Assembly (NCBI GenBank): GCA_000708835.1 | Contig: DF237452.1 | Location: forward strand, 1-64,000 | Length of the DNA stretch: 64,000 nucleotides | Direction: 5' to 3' | Origin: Klebsormidium nitens | Lineage: Eukaryota; Plantae; Klebsormidiophyceae | Shown: positions 36,914 to 50,200 of the stretch, piece after piece | Position numbering within the stretch: position 1 is the first letter of the stretch | Layout: every line of letters begins with the position of its first letter | Made by a program: the position numbers and the translations under genes | Notes under the pieces: model-generated | The model's database searches: none | Told to the model about the DNA's origin: nothing | What the model saw: the letters and a program-made list of their open reading frames with translations, nothing else

Positions 36914-37535
36914 NNNNNNNNNNNNNNNNNNNNNNNNNNNNNNNNNNNNNNNNNNNNNNNNNNNNNNNNNNNNNNNNNNNNNNNNNNNNNNNNNNNNNNN
37001 NNNNNNNNNNNNNNNNNNNNNNNNNNNNNNNNNNNNNNNNNNNNNNNNNNNNNNNNNNNNNNNNNNNNNNNNNNNNNNNNNNNNNNNNNNNNNNNNNNNN
37101 NNNNNNNNNNNNNNNNNNNNNNNNNNNNNNNNNNNNNNNNNNNNNNNNNNNNNNNNNNNNNNNNNNNNNNNNNNNNNNNNNNNNNNNNNNNNNNNNNNNN
37201 NNNNNNNNNNNNNNNNNNNNNNNNNNNNNNNNNNNNNNNNNNNNNNNNNNNNNNNNNNNNNNNNNNNNNNNNNNNNNNNNNNNNNNNNNNNNNNNNNNNN
37301 NNNNNNNNNNNNNNNNNNNNNNNNNNNNNNNNNNNNNNNNNNNNNNNNNNNNNNNNNNNNNNNNNNNNNNNNNNNNNNNNNNNNNNNNNNNNNNNNNNNN
37401 NNNNNNNNNNNNNNNNNNNNNNNNNNNNNNNNNNNNNNNNNNNNNNNNNNNNNNNNNNNNNNNNNNNNNNNNNNNNNNNNNNNNNNNNNNNNNNNNNNNN
37501 NNNNNNNNNNNNNNNNNNNNNNNNNNNNNNNNNNN
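36914..37535. other. Assembly gap (N run)
   Basis: Continuous Ns preceded by a G homopolymer. Confidence 0.99.
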
Positions 37536-39043
37536 AATCCGGTTCCTGGATTCCGCTCGAGTGTATGAAGGCATGAGGGTATTAGGACCATGAAGGGTAA
37601 CTGGCCCCTGGGACGGGAGGGTTAGCTTGGGGGTTAGACTGGGTGCGGACTGCGGAGCGTGCAAACTTTGAGTTTACGTTTTCAGTTAAGTTTTGCTGTT
37701 ACCCTTCGTAGCGCTTATACCCTCATTGGAGCGACTGAGGGTTAATGCTAACGGTTCCTGGGGTAACCGAAATCTTCGATCAAAAACCGACGATCGAAAT
37801 TCGAAAATGTAGGCGCTCCGCAGTGGCGGCCGCCCGGGCCACCGCACCGGGCACTGCATTGTCTGAATCCAACTCTCAAAACCCCCCGCACCCGTTCCCC
37901 CGGCTATAGCCCGGTCCACGATGTTCACCAGATCGACGACAGACGGGCCCTGGCCCCGGAATACAATATTACCGATCAGAGGGTCAGAATATCCGGCAAG
38001 AATATTGAATATCAAAGCTGAGCAGCTGGAGAGCTCCCCACGGTGGCGTAATACTAGGTATGGGGGTTGTACGGTTGTGGAGCGGGTGATGGATTGGGTC
38101 GGTTTCCGGTGTTAGTCAAAAACTGAGCAATGAGTTACGAATTACACAATGAGAAGCTTTCAAATTGCAACATATACGCATAATTTCATTTTGAACATTC
38201 CAGTTGCTTATTCGACCGTACCTATTCATTGCTGGCAACTCCCTTTCAGTACGGTTACCGGTAGGCATCCTGAGGGGCTTGTCACCTGAAATTTGGAAGC
38301 ACCGGGCACCACAGCTATTTAACCGGACGATCAACACAAAAAGCTACCTGCTCCGCACCCCTATACGTATTAACGACCCTAACCACCAAACAATTGCCCA
38401 AACGAGTCCCCCGGGGCCCGGCCTATGAACCGAGAGACAAGCCTGAGCCTGGGAGTGGCCGGCCACACCATAAATTGGCATATGCACGAGGCAAGCCGCC
38501 TGCTCGGCCAGGCAAGTTGGACTATGAAAGTTGCAGTCACCGTGCACATACAACGAGCCTCGAGGGACGTCATCAAGTACGGTACGCCACTTGGGGTTCG
38601 CGAAGGGCCGCGGCGCCAGAAAGATCAATGATTGAGTCTGATGGCTACCGGTAGTAGGTACCAACTCCGAGGTACCAAGGTACCGGAGTACCTAGGTAGG
38701 TACTTCTCCAGCTATACCTACGGTAATTATATTAAATAGAGCTGAGCTGTGAGAGCCTGTGACCCGTGGCTGCGCATGAAATACGGAAAAGGTACGTACC
38801 AGTCCCTGCCGTATGACGATGTCAGAAAGGTATACCTACCATGCCGGTATCGTGCTCACAGTGAATACCTGGAAGCCAAAACCGTACGTCTGACGTCACT
38901 CGATCTGCCGTACAAAAAACCATTTCAGGTGTACCTATTGGCAGATTTGAAGTCACGAGGTACGTGCTACGGTAGGTACCGCTGCCATTTCAAGAACGAG
39001 CCGTGGGCCCGTGGCCCGTCAGCCGTCAGTGAATGTACTAGCA

Positions 39044-39106
39044 TACGGTATACGGTATACGGTATACGGTATTAGCATATACGGTACTAGCATACGGTAT
39101 ACGGTA
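39044..39106 (+). repeat. (TACGGTA)n minisatellite
   Basis: Four contiguous tacggta units (39044-39071) plus three more interrupted units. Confidence 0.9.
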
Positions 39107-39296
39107 CAGTGTACATTGGTAGGTACCTTCAGGCTACAAATCGTCGCGCAGGTACCGGTATCACCTACCGGTACCCCATTGATGTGTAATATGACTCATT
39201 GATTTGTGGCAAGCCGCAAACTGCAATACCTACGGTAGGTAAGTACCGGTACCTATTACAAAAAGGATGAACAATCTGAGGACACCACGCTCATCA

Positions 39297-39316
39297 NNNN
39301 NNNNNNNNNNNNNNNN
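39297..39316. other. Small assembly gap (20 N)
   Basis: N run; cggtacctattac occurs both about 50 bp before and immediately after it, suggesting a local repeat. Confidence 0.95.
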
Positions 39317-41246
39317 CGGTACCTATTACGGTACACACAGACTCAGTCGAGACTCCAGTTCCGGACACGTGCCTACAGCTACCGTAGTTAGGTAGTGAAG
39401 TGTTGCCGGTACCCTTCATGAAATCGTGAAATTTTGAAATATGGGAGTTTAATACCAGTACTACTAGTAGTGGTACCGTATACCGTATTTACGTGGGGGT
39501 AAACTTTATCATATCTACCTACATCAAATTGCTGCGGTTTTTCCCCGGTGCGACCGGACGATCACCTACCGGTATAGTATAAGGTCGCACCCTTATCCCG
39601 AAGTCTGGGGTGACGGGTCGATCGAGAGGAAATGAGAAGAAAGCGGTCGTGTCAAGATTCAGACCACCAGTGATTCCGGGTTTGCGCGTCGCATTATAGT
39701 CTGCCGGGCAGCCGGAGCTTTTACTGTCATTGAATGTGTTACTGTTAGGTTTAGTCCTACCTACCGGTACTTGCAATCTGCGTCATCATGGAGCCAATTG
39801 GCAATACCTACAGGTGGGTAGCCGAATCTTTATTTGCCTGAGGGTTCCGCGAATACGCGCAACCGTCCGATGAAATTTATCAACCTCACCGCCGCTCGAT
39901 CAATCAAGGAAGAAGGGGCCTAATCGCAACTCGCAAACCATCGACAGACTGGAGACCCGTCCTGGTCAAGGACAATGCCTATGCCAGCTCGAATCACAGG
40001 TGCCATTCCGCCATGGCTGCCTTGAAGCTCCCTACTGCAGCCATTGTGAAGCTGAAAACTCAGCTTCTTGCGTCAGTAAACTGCTCCTTCCTTCTTTTTC
40101 AGCTACTGCAAGCTTTTAGAAATGTCATTGAACCTTGAATGAGCTTGCAGAAGGCTTGCTGCATGGGGATTTGATGAGGTCCTTGAGCCTCCCGAAACCA
40201 TACGATACACTTTACGGTCTTGGGACAAGGGTCAAATGACCATGCCTGAGCTTGAAAAAAGTGCGAGCAGCTAGCATTCTGAATTCACTACGGGATAGGA
40301 AGCTTCATTGTCCTGATTGATGGACATGGTGAGGAGCGCCGCAGCAAACACCACCCTAGGTTCAACAAGGAAGTCGGAAAGCTTGGCAGCCATTGTTAGT
40401 AACTCGTCAGCCTGACGTCATCATAATTGCTAGGACTTCATTCTGGCCGTCCGATGCGTTCATCGCGACGCTCAACACTCGAAATTGCTGGAGCCAATGC
40501 GCTATCAGAAAGGCCAAATAATTTTGAGATTCGGCGTTCCACCTGCTATACCCGGCTACCGTAGTCAAGACTCAAATGAACCCAACTAGCCAGCTAGAGA
40601 CAGAGTTACCGGTACCTAGGTAGGTACCTACTTCAATGGGCCCATACCAATATACCGTACGGTACGGTACCTTACCTACTTGTATAAAGCCCAGTATACT
40701 GTATAGGTAGCCTGGCTTTTTTCGTCCGTCCGGCCCACACATTCATGCATGATCGGCTCCGAACTCATCAGGATTTGCAGCAGGGTTGCCAGAAATGTTT
40801 GGTGGTACCTTTTCTCCTTCTTGTATGGGGAGTTTTTTTAAGGCCGCCTCAAACTCTCAACAGTCAATGTACGTACAGGTGTGCATTGTTTGGTGGAACC
40901 CCTGACGAAGGCGACTGCGATAGACTGACAAGGGGCTGGACATTGGGACAACCGCTCAAAATGTGCACCTACAATGGTTCATTGTCCAAGTACAGCTTAG
41001 GGGAATCACCTCAAAGAGCCTCTAGTCTTCAAAGATTGCAGGTCAGCCTTACGTCTCATTTGGGTTCCATCAATCAGTTGCCCACTTGCATACAATCTAA
41101 CTTACCTGAAAGTTACAAGTAGAATTAGGCATGGTTCGTTATGCATGCGACACATACGCACCCGCATCATGGAGGCACCCAATTTGTTCACAGGTGGTCG
41201 CTTGCAACCGCCCTATTGTGAACAAGCCCGCTGCGATGCTCAGTGC

Positions 41247-44200
41247 TTATATGATAGACTCTTGTTGCGTAACCACGAAACGTATTGCCCGCTGGGCTGA
41301 CTCCCCTGCTTCTTCGTGATGAGTACTCTGTACTGTCCTGGATTTGTAGACCACATACTCGACTATGATACAAAGCTCAAAACTTGAGCAATCAAATCGG
41401 TCTTTTTCAAGTTTCGCCATCACCGCTCTATGTACCTCACGCGGCAATACAGGCACTCTGCAACGCCGCATCCTATTTACAAGCAGATGTTCTGTACAAC
41501 TACGGAATCCAATAATTGATCAACGTGATCGAACGACTTGGTCAGGCCTCTTACCAACAGCCTCAACTCGAGGTGTGACGTCGCTCCCAAAAGCTTCAAG
41601 CTCCGAAAGCTGCACCCGCTGCTTTTCCAAGAATGTGAGCACCTGCAAGCGTCAATAGAAGTCAGTGGCGCTCTGAAATATGAACCAGGTCGTTCATCTT
41701 AATCCCTCTTTGATTCATGCTCATTACTGGATCCGGGGTCGCTCTTCCGTCTGACTGAGTGGAGGCCAGAAGATCATAAGCTATAGGTGTGAGCAACCAA
41801 TGGGCACTGGCAAACTCAGAGGTCGCGTGGAATCACATCAAAACTCCACCTGTTAACGTTCGTGGTTCGTTTTTAAAACAATCAGAAGAGGGACCTTTCC
41901 TCGAGCTTTGATATCGCGGGAGAACAGCCTTCATTACCTAACATGGTTCGAACCATTGCAAGAGATACTTCTATCGAAGGTGGCAGTGCAAACGTTGTGA
42001 CATAACCCCTTATAAGGCGAAGCCAGTGGGAGGAGGCATCCAAAAAGGCTTTGCAGGTATTGACATGTGCATCAGAAAGCGAGCCTCCGCCACGAACCGC
42101 AACTACTACAGGTCCGGTCAAAAACTAGCTGCCTGACCCATGTCCAATCTCAGTCTGGCCGTCAACTTGTCCCACTCCGAAAATCTGGACCCTTGAATAG
42201 GAGCATCCGGCTTTTTGATTGGCACAATTTCAGCGTACTGGGTCAAGTTCTGCAAACGCCTCGATTCGAACTCGGATCACGTGGCAGGGTTTGACTAAAT
42301 ATACATTCAGGTAGCAAGCCCAGATTGCAAGAATCCAGGCGTTTCGACATTCCCAACTCCACAATCTCGATCGATTTCGGGCGTCGTGCTTATTGTGTTT
42401 GCTCCAACATAAGAGCCACACGTTTACCAAGGGCAATGATTTTCCAAGTAAAGGACCCAATAAAACGACCAAGTAGAAGTCAGACTCGACCGGCTTTCTC
42501 GTCTGGTTTTCCTAATTTTACTCACCACTTTCGTAGGCCACAAAAGACGGCGTGAACTTACCTGAGACTCTACATACGCCGCTGCCTGCTTCACGTTCAT
42601 CGGAGGCTGCCCGAACATGCCGTACAAGTATACGGGATCCTCCGTCAGCTGTGCGGCCAATTGAACCAGCTCCTCTTGCCACTCGCTCAGGGGGCCATTC
42701 CCAGTGGGGGCACTGTGACGGAGCGCCTTTGGGGGGTCGGGAAGCGTCACTGGGGGAGGAAGGGGAAAGAGAAAATTTAGCGTGTAGGCCGAGGAGTGAT
42801 GGGTCCGTGGAAAAGGAAGTTGCGGCGCACCTGCTTGAAACAAACCTGAGGTTCCTTCATGTAGTTCGAACATTTTGGGAGGGTCGGGGAGCGTCACTTT
42901 AAAAGGAGGGGGAAGCGCAGATGATTGTTAGCGTGTCAGCTTCGAGTAGGTCTGCGAGTAATCAGAGGGACGGGCCGGAATAAGGCACCCGCTCGAAAAT
43001 GGATCAAAAGTCCGTTGCTCAAGGTATGGCGAAAGCGCCTTGGGGGTCCTAGAAGCGTCATTGCGGACTGGGCGGGAAAAGGGGATATTCATTTGGCATA
43101 TCAGCGGAAAGTGAGACAACGTGAGGCCTTGGGCGGGTCTGCCTGTGAGTGAGGGGGCGGGCGACTCGGAAACCGTTTTCAGAAGAGCGCTGAAACCCCT
43201 CAGCTTTATCTGAAAACGTTAGAGCGCTTTGGGAGCATCTGGAGGCGTCACTAAGGAGGAGGGGAGTGAAGACAACGCTTTAGCGCGTCAGCCAAGGGTG
43301 ACAGAAGCTGAGGCCTTGGGTGGGTCTGCAACTAGTTTGGGAAAAGCAGAGTAGCGAACCCGCTTGGAGATGTTTGACGAATCTTCTTTTTAGGATACAA
43401 AGTTTGCGAGAGCCGGGGAGCGCCATTTATATGGAAATGAAGGAGGCCCCAGCGTGTCAGCCAAAGACGATGCAAATAGAACACTTGAGGATCTTTGTGA
43501 ACAGAGACTATTGAGAAGGGGCATGATAAAAAGAAAGTGTGTTGCATGAAACAGTTGAAATACATTCCTCCTCTTAGATACGGCGCAGCGCTTTGAGACG
43601 AAATTCGAAGCTGCAAGGAAGGGGGGCCGCAAGGAAAGGAGCCACGATTGCCTGTCAAGCAGACAATGTCAAAGCTGAAGTCCTGGTGAAATCTGGAAGC
43701 GTCACAGCGACCGTGGGACAGGCATAATAGCGTATAAGCATGGAATTGATACGATCAGACGTGGCTTCAGTCGGTCATAGCAAAGCGCCGTACAAACATT
43801 TGGAAGCGCCTGTGTGGAGAAGGATCAAGGACGACAAAAATGTCGCCGTATACACAAGATGACGAAGTCAAAGTCAGTCTTCTGAGAAAAGCGCGAGGCG
43901 GCGCTTTGGAGGGGTCTGGATGGCCCAAAGGCGAAGGGCGGGAGGGCAGCGGAACTTGAGCACCATGTTATCTGAGAGTGCAGTCAGAACGGACTGCTGC
44001 CACATCGGGTTTCCAAAGTCTCTGGTGAGAACGGAGAGTCAAGGCAGAGACTTGGAATGATCTAATGATATTCCCAAGTTGCGTACTTGTTCCAAGAGGA
44101 AGTTTACGCTGCTTGATGAGCTTGCGTCGGATAAGGTACTTGGTAAGGAATTGGCTTACTTTAAGGACTGTCGGGCACGATCCTCTCAGATGCTCCAATA

Positions 44201-47200
44201 GCATCTGACAGTGCTTATGTCATCAAACAAGTACGCAGAACGTTCTGCGGAAAAGAACCGAAAGGACCGGAGGCGGGAAAGAAACGAAAGACAACGGACG
44301 CACATTCACAGACGACCGCGGGTTCACAAACTCGCAAAGCGTGAAGAGGAGTTCAGACAACGAAAGCGCTTCAGAGGGGCGTATTCTCACTCGGGCAGTC
44401 CGTCCTGGGCGTGTCCCGCAGTGTGAATAAGTCCTCGAACGTCGCCGCCCAAGCGTCGCGCTTCGTCAGGAAGTCGGAGGAGAGGTTGAACAGTTTCTTG
44501 ACGGTCGCCGGAATTGATGAGTGCTCGAACTGGCTGCTCGGACTGGGCTTCAGTCGGGGCTCATGCACAACTGCACAATGAGCGCAATTCAATGTCAGCG
44601 ACAAAAGTCAGATCTTGCGAGCGGTATCGACAAGATTTAATAAGGAATTCAGATGATTAGTTGTCCGAACATTGGGAGTCGGCGAGTTCCTTAATGGTCG
44701 GGCTGGGCTTCAACCAGGGCTCGTGAACTACTGCACCAATAAGCGCAATCGAGTGTCAGTGACCGTCAGAACTCGTAAACAACTGCACCATTAAGCGCAG
44801 TCGAGTATCAGTGAACGTCAGAACTCGTTCAACGGCACCAATAAGCACAATTAAGTGTCAGTGAAAGTCAGTATCTTGCGAGCAGTTCAACAAAGCCTCA
44901 AAGGAACCTCAGATGATTTCCAAACTATGTGTAAGTAGGCAACTTTTAGACTGGTCGGGCTGGGCTTCAATCCGGGGCTCGTGCACAATTGAACAAAGGC
45001 GGAGATCAGACAGTCAGTGACAAAGTCGGGTCTTGCGATCTCATATGCTTATCATTCCGGATGTTGTGGGAATCAACGGATGTTTGGAAGGCTGGTAGAG
45101 ACCGGCTTGAGCTGCGGGTCGTTCAATTTGCCCAGAAAGGAAAAGGTCGCGCTTCCATTTTGTCTCTGATTTGTCACTTGAGGTAACCATGTCAGGATGC
45201 AATGCTCAGACTCAGCGTTCAAAAGCATCCGAAGAGCAGCTTTGAGGGGCGAAAATACTGACGTCAAAAAAAAAAACAAGCGCAATATAAGCCGCAACTG
45301 ATAAACTGATCAGAGAACAACTCTAACAAGACTAGTTTGAGCAGCCAATGCGAGAAAAACGGGGAACCGACAAATCTTCAACAGGTACTCCAGTCCAGCT
45401 TGCGTCGGCGTTTGCAGATACTCTTGTTGACAGTACGATTACGATCATCCGTCATCTCCGACTCTGCTTCGAAGATATCGACTTCGCAACGTGGCCTCAG
45501 GATCCTTTATTCAGGAGCGAAAGCAACGGGCCAACGCACAGTAGCTACTTTGGAGAAACCATACCAACAAAATTCTCCTGAAAACGGGATTTCTGTGGAC
45601 GGAAAGAAGCGAGCCAACGCAAATCAAACGCAATGTTCACATCATATATCAATGTTGGTACGTCATGGAAGGCGCCCTCGCTGTTGGCTTTTACAACTTG
45701 ACGGCAGACCATCGCCGTGGCCGCATCAGAACGCCGCTCATCCGCTAGCTTTGGAGTCACAAGCTTTATACCACAACCATCAAGTCCAATGCTTTCCAGA
45801 CACTCAAAAGCATATGAGCGCTACCCAAAGCGTATGCAAAAAGCCCTCACCAGTGCCTTTCTCGACCCACGGCGAGATTGCCAGCGTGGCAACCCGCACC
45901 CCGAGCCGGTCAAACCCAAAGTTAAAGGGCGGCGGCCCGGTTATTCCGTCCGGGTTAGGGATTCCGGTTACCGGGGTCGGGACGTGGTCGAAAAACCCGC
46001 CGTGCTCATCGTACGTTACGAGCAGCAGGGACTCGTCCCACTGAGGACTTGCGCGCAACGCCTCGTAAACTTTCTGCAGGAAGGTATGGGGGAATTTCAG
46101 TCTTAAACCTATTGTTTTGATCCAGTCTGATATCGTGTCTGTTCGTGAGCGACTGATTTGATATTTATCTATGTTCGGACCCTTCAGATCTTTACTATTG
46201 GAGTATGTTCTGTAAGGACTCGTCCCATTGGCAATTGGCAAGCACCGCCTCAAGGGCTTTCTACAACGGAGCCGGGTGAAACATCTGGTTGAAAAGTCCT
46301 CCTTTCACCCTTGTTGGTTCTGATCACCCGTTCGGAGTTTTTTGCGAAACAGCGAGTGAGAAAAACATTCAACAGAGGTCTTTGAGGGGCTCTTAAAAAG
46401 CTTTCCGAAACGCAGGGCAGAAGGGCACAGCAGTATGATTGAAACGCAGAACGAAAGGAAGTTCGACGCAGGGGGGACGTGGTAGATTTTGACGCCCCCT
46501 TAGCTCGACGAAGGACAACATGATTCACAATAGCGCGTTTATATTGGCAGGAACGGCAGATATACTTCCAGCACATGGCGTTACCATTTCGCGCAAGCAG
46601 ATTGCACGCATCGTGGATTGTCCTGCAGAACGGAGTTGAAAATCGAGGACGAGGCTCAGCTTTTAGATTTTGAGTTCCGGTTCCCAACCAAACCGGTCGG
46701 GTTACCAGCCAAACCACACATGAGGGAAAACCCCAAAAAGACTCGGAAGTTTGGTTCCTGGGCTCCCAAATGCACAGCCTGATTTACAGTTTCCAGAATT
46801 CAGTATTGATTGCTTGAACCCAAACCCTTTCCCTTGCACAGAAACATACAATTCTCCTTCCCTGCGCCCCAAGGCCCAACTTTGTATAAGAGATATGAAA
46901 AGTTGTTACTCCCAATCACAGGATACCCCCCACCAACAACCCCAGATCGAATTAACCTAAAGGAAAGGCTCGCTCCACCCTTCAGATCGAGCCAGTTCCA
47001 ATTAGGCTCTCAGCTGAACCCAGAAGCTTCTCCTCACCTACCAGACAAACTTTGTAAGGCTTCGACTCCAAATGCGGATGCGAACCCAAAGCTAATCCCA
47101 GGTGCGGATACAAACCCTAAACCTGAACCCAAGATTTGGAATGCAAACCGGAGCTCGAAACCACATCTTGACCCTCAACCGAAGACCCACCTTGAGCATC

Positions 47201-50200
47201 TTCTGCCCTTCTGCCACGTCATGGCTCGGGTGATTGTCGTTACGTTCTAACCTCGAAACCGAAACCCTGATCTTAACCCTGAAACAATGGCCCACCTTGA
47301 GCATCTTCTGCCCTACCCTCACGGCGAATTCTGACCCTAAAATTGAAACCCTTATCGTAACCCTGAGCCGACAACCCACCTTGAGCATTTTCTGCCCTTC
47401 CGCCACGTCATGGCTCGGGTGGTCGTCGTTCGCCGGGAAATCCGGAAGGTCAAAATACCGCGGCTCCAGGATGACGTAATTCGGCAGGACCCCCCTTTTC
47501 GCGTGGTTGAAAAAGAGGTCGAACGCATGGAAGTTGAACGCGCGGCGCACGGTGCGCAGGTTCCGGAAGAAGAGCGTCGATGGCAGGTTGGCGAAGTAGA
47601 CGCCGAAAGAGAGACCGGATTCTTCGATAGAGTCGAAGATGGTCTTCTGGGGGAAGCCGTGGGTCAACTCCTGCAAGAGAAGAAGAAACAGTATCATGAA
47701 GGAGCTGCGGAAGCTGATTGTGAGATAAGTTGTCAGATCCAGGGATTGGGGTGCTCTTAGATCTGTTTCGTACAGGCCGTGCGTCAGCTTGTGCGAGTGA
47801 AGGAAGCACGAGTGTGATAGTCCGCAAAACGAATTCGTGTTTCAGTTTCGGTTTCAGTATACCTTTGATATCGGTAGAAATTTTTTGCAAAATCTCGAGG
47901 GTCAAGCCTGCGGGTAAACCATGCACCGGAAGTGGGGTCCATTAAACCGTCCGACGCAAATCCTCTGCCCGAAACCAACAATGAAACATCGGAAGAATGC
48001 AACGGAAGAATGCAGAGAGAATTCGGAGCAAAACGAGACACGGACTCTCGTCAGATGGTTCTCTAATGAGCAATGAAGATGACGTCAAAGCGTGTAGATG
48101 TTGTGGCGCAAGCCTGGGGATACGAACAGCTGTGTTCCGGTACACAGAATTGTAGTATTGCTTGCTGACCTTCTTATCATTCCACGTGGCGCCATGTGAG
48201 GTCGCCGAGTGGATGTAGAGCCGATTGGGCTGTGTCGAGGACGGCACCGCCGCAAACCACCTGCCAAAGGACGCGCCACACGTCAGCATGAAGTCATACA
48301 AGATGGATCGTCAGAGAGCGCAGGTACCCAGGAAACCGAAACACAGAAAGTAGTGTGTAACATAGGGGTTCTCGTAAATCGCGCTCAATGTAGAGATGCC
48401 AGTGGGTATGAGGAACCAAATTCTGGGCAACGGACACGCATTCTGCAATTGCAATCTAGCAATCTGTTTTGGTGGGCATAGGCTGACTGAAAGTTATTGT
48501 AATATGCAAAAACGCCCCTCGCGCGGCTCCTGACGAACGAGAAGAGGACCCGTAAGCAAAACTGGTCATGTTAGTCAGACGAAGCCTTGTGATATTACTC
48601 AAACTTGCAATCCAGAATCCAAGCAGCAATGAATTCTTTGGCACAGAAAAGTAAGCTGGTGTTGACAAAACTCGATTGTATCAGCTTGTGGGCAAACAAC
48701 GGTCGAATGAGCGACTGTAAAACCTTCAAGCGGCTCGACTCTTTGTTCGAGAGATGTAGCGATATTACCAGCTGACCTGTCAAAGAGCGCGAACTCCATG
48801 GCGAGTGACGTCAGCGAGGAGACGACTTCGGGCCGGAAGGCGCTCATGACGCGGCGCCCGAAGCCGGTGAACATGTTGTTGGCGTTCTGGACGAAGCCGT
48901 TCATGGGGGGCGGGTCCTGAAGAGAGAAATGAAGGGGAAGAGTTCAAAGAATCCTTCGACATACTGAAAATTTATTAGATATTCGAACGGACTCCGCTTT
49001 GCAAAAGAAGAAAGAGCTTTTTTTTTGGAAAAGGTGATATGAAAACAAAAATAAAAAAGAACCCAGACATGATGTCGGAAAGAAGACTGATACTCCGATA
49101 CTAGGGGCATCAGATTGGGGGAAATATTCACAGGAATCGATGCAACGGGTATTGACCTTGAGTGTCAGGGGTATGTTCTGAGAACGATCGAAACCGTGCA
49201 ATCGGCCCTTGTTGGCGTTCTGGACGAAGCTACTCATTAAAAGCAGGTTGTAGGGGGCACAAAGACCAGAAAGAACCAAGAAATGATGTTGAAAGGGAGA
49301 CTTCCAGTCGATAATAGGGGCTGCAAATTGCAGGGAGCGGGTGGAATCAATTCAACAATTTGAATAACCACGGGTATGCTCGGAAAGACGACGATTGGTA
49401 GTCCATCGCATGAACCCTTGATTGGCAAACCGATCATGCGGGGGATTGCCTACTGAAAGTAGGCATCAACAGTCTTGTGAAACCAAAACCAGGGATGAGT
49501 TTGTGGCATCGTCTCTGATCGAGTGTGGTATTCGAGTGTGGTATTTGAGGAACCAGTCAAAGCCACGTTGAAATTCTCGCGTGTTGGGCAAAGAAATCAT
49601 CACGACAGGATTCTGGGGAAGAAAAGGGAAAGAACGATGGACAACCAAACCTAACCTGAAGAGACATTCATAGCGCGGAACAACAGACATTGCGACTCCT
49701 CAAGAAGTAGGAATGAAAGGACGAGATGCGCTCACAATCTGAATCTGATGACTGTCTGAGTACGAGACAACTTGAAGTGTCGTTGCAGGCCATCTGAAGA
49801 TATCAAAGCTTGTCGCGGACTTTGAGCTACAGGTAGCATGCACGGAGGGTCCTGTGCAGGTTGTTTGACGTTTTTTGGGGATGTTCTGAAAACCTGGATT
49901 TCTTAGGCCCAAGACATCTTCTACAAGGCTTCTACTGGGCCAAGTTAGACCCTGACCGCAAGTCCTCAGAAAGGCGCACATATGCTCAAGAATGACTCAT
50001 GCTCTACTCATCAGAGCTTTAACGGCCAAAGACGCTGCACAAAGCTCTGTTTTAACAAACCCTGACAAGCGTGTGCTTTTGCCCTTTCTTTCTGGCTGAC
50101 GTTCCACGGGGAGACTTGTTGAGGTAGACATGGTGATACAAATGTGGAAGTTCGGAGTCTCAAAGCAGAGCCTTGGCAGATCGTGAAGAAGTTGTAAGGG

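Noticed and set aside
36659-37664. Two long minus ORFs (310 and 256 aa)
   Set aside because: Artefacts of translating through the N gap.
42127-42250. Alternative last exon for NPC ([13 protein letters not shown]…*)
   Set aside because: It is phase-compatible, but exon 41642-41555 (VLTFLEKQR…) better matches the plant NPC C-terminal helix (AV.KFLE). It is not fully excluded.
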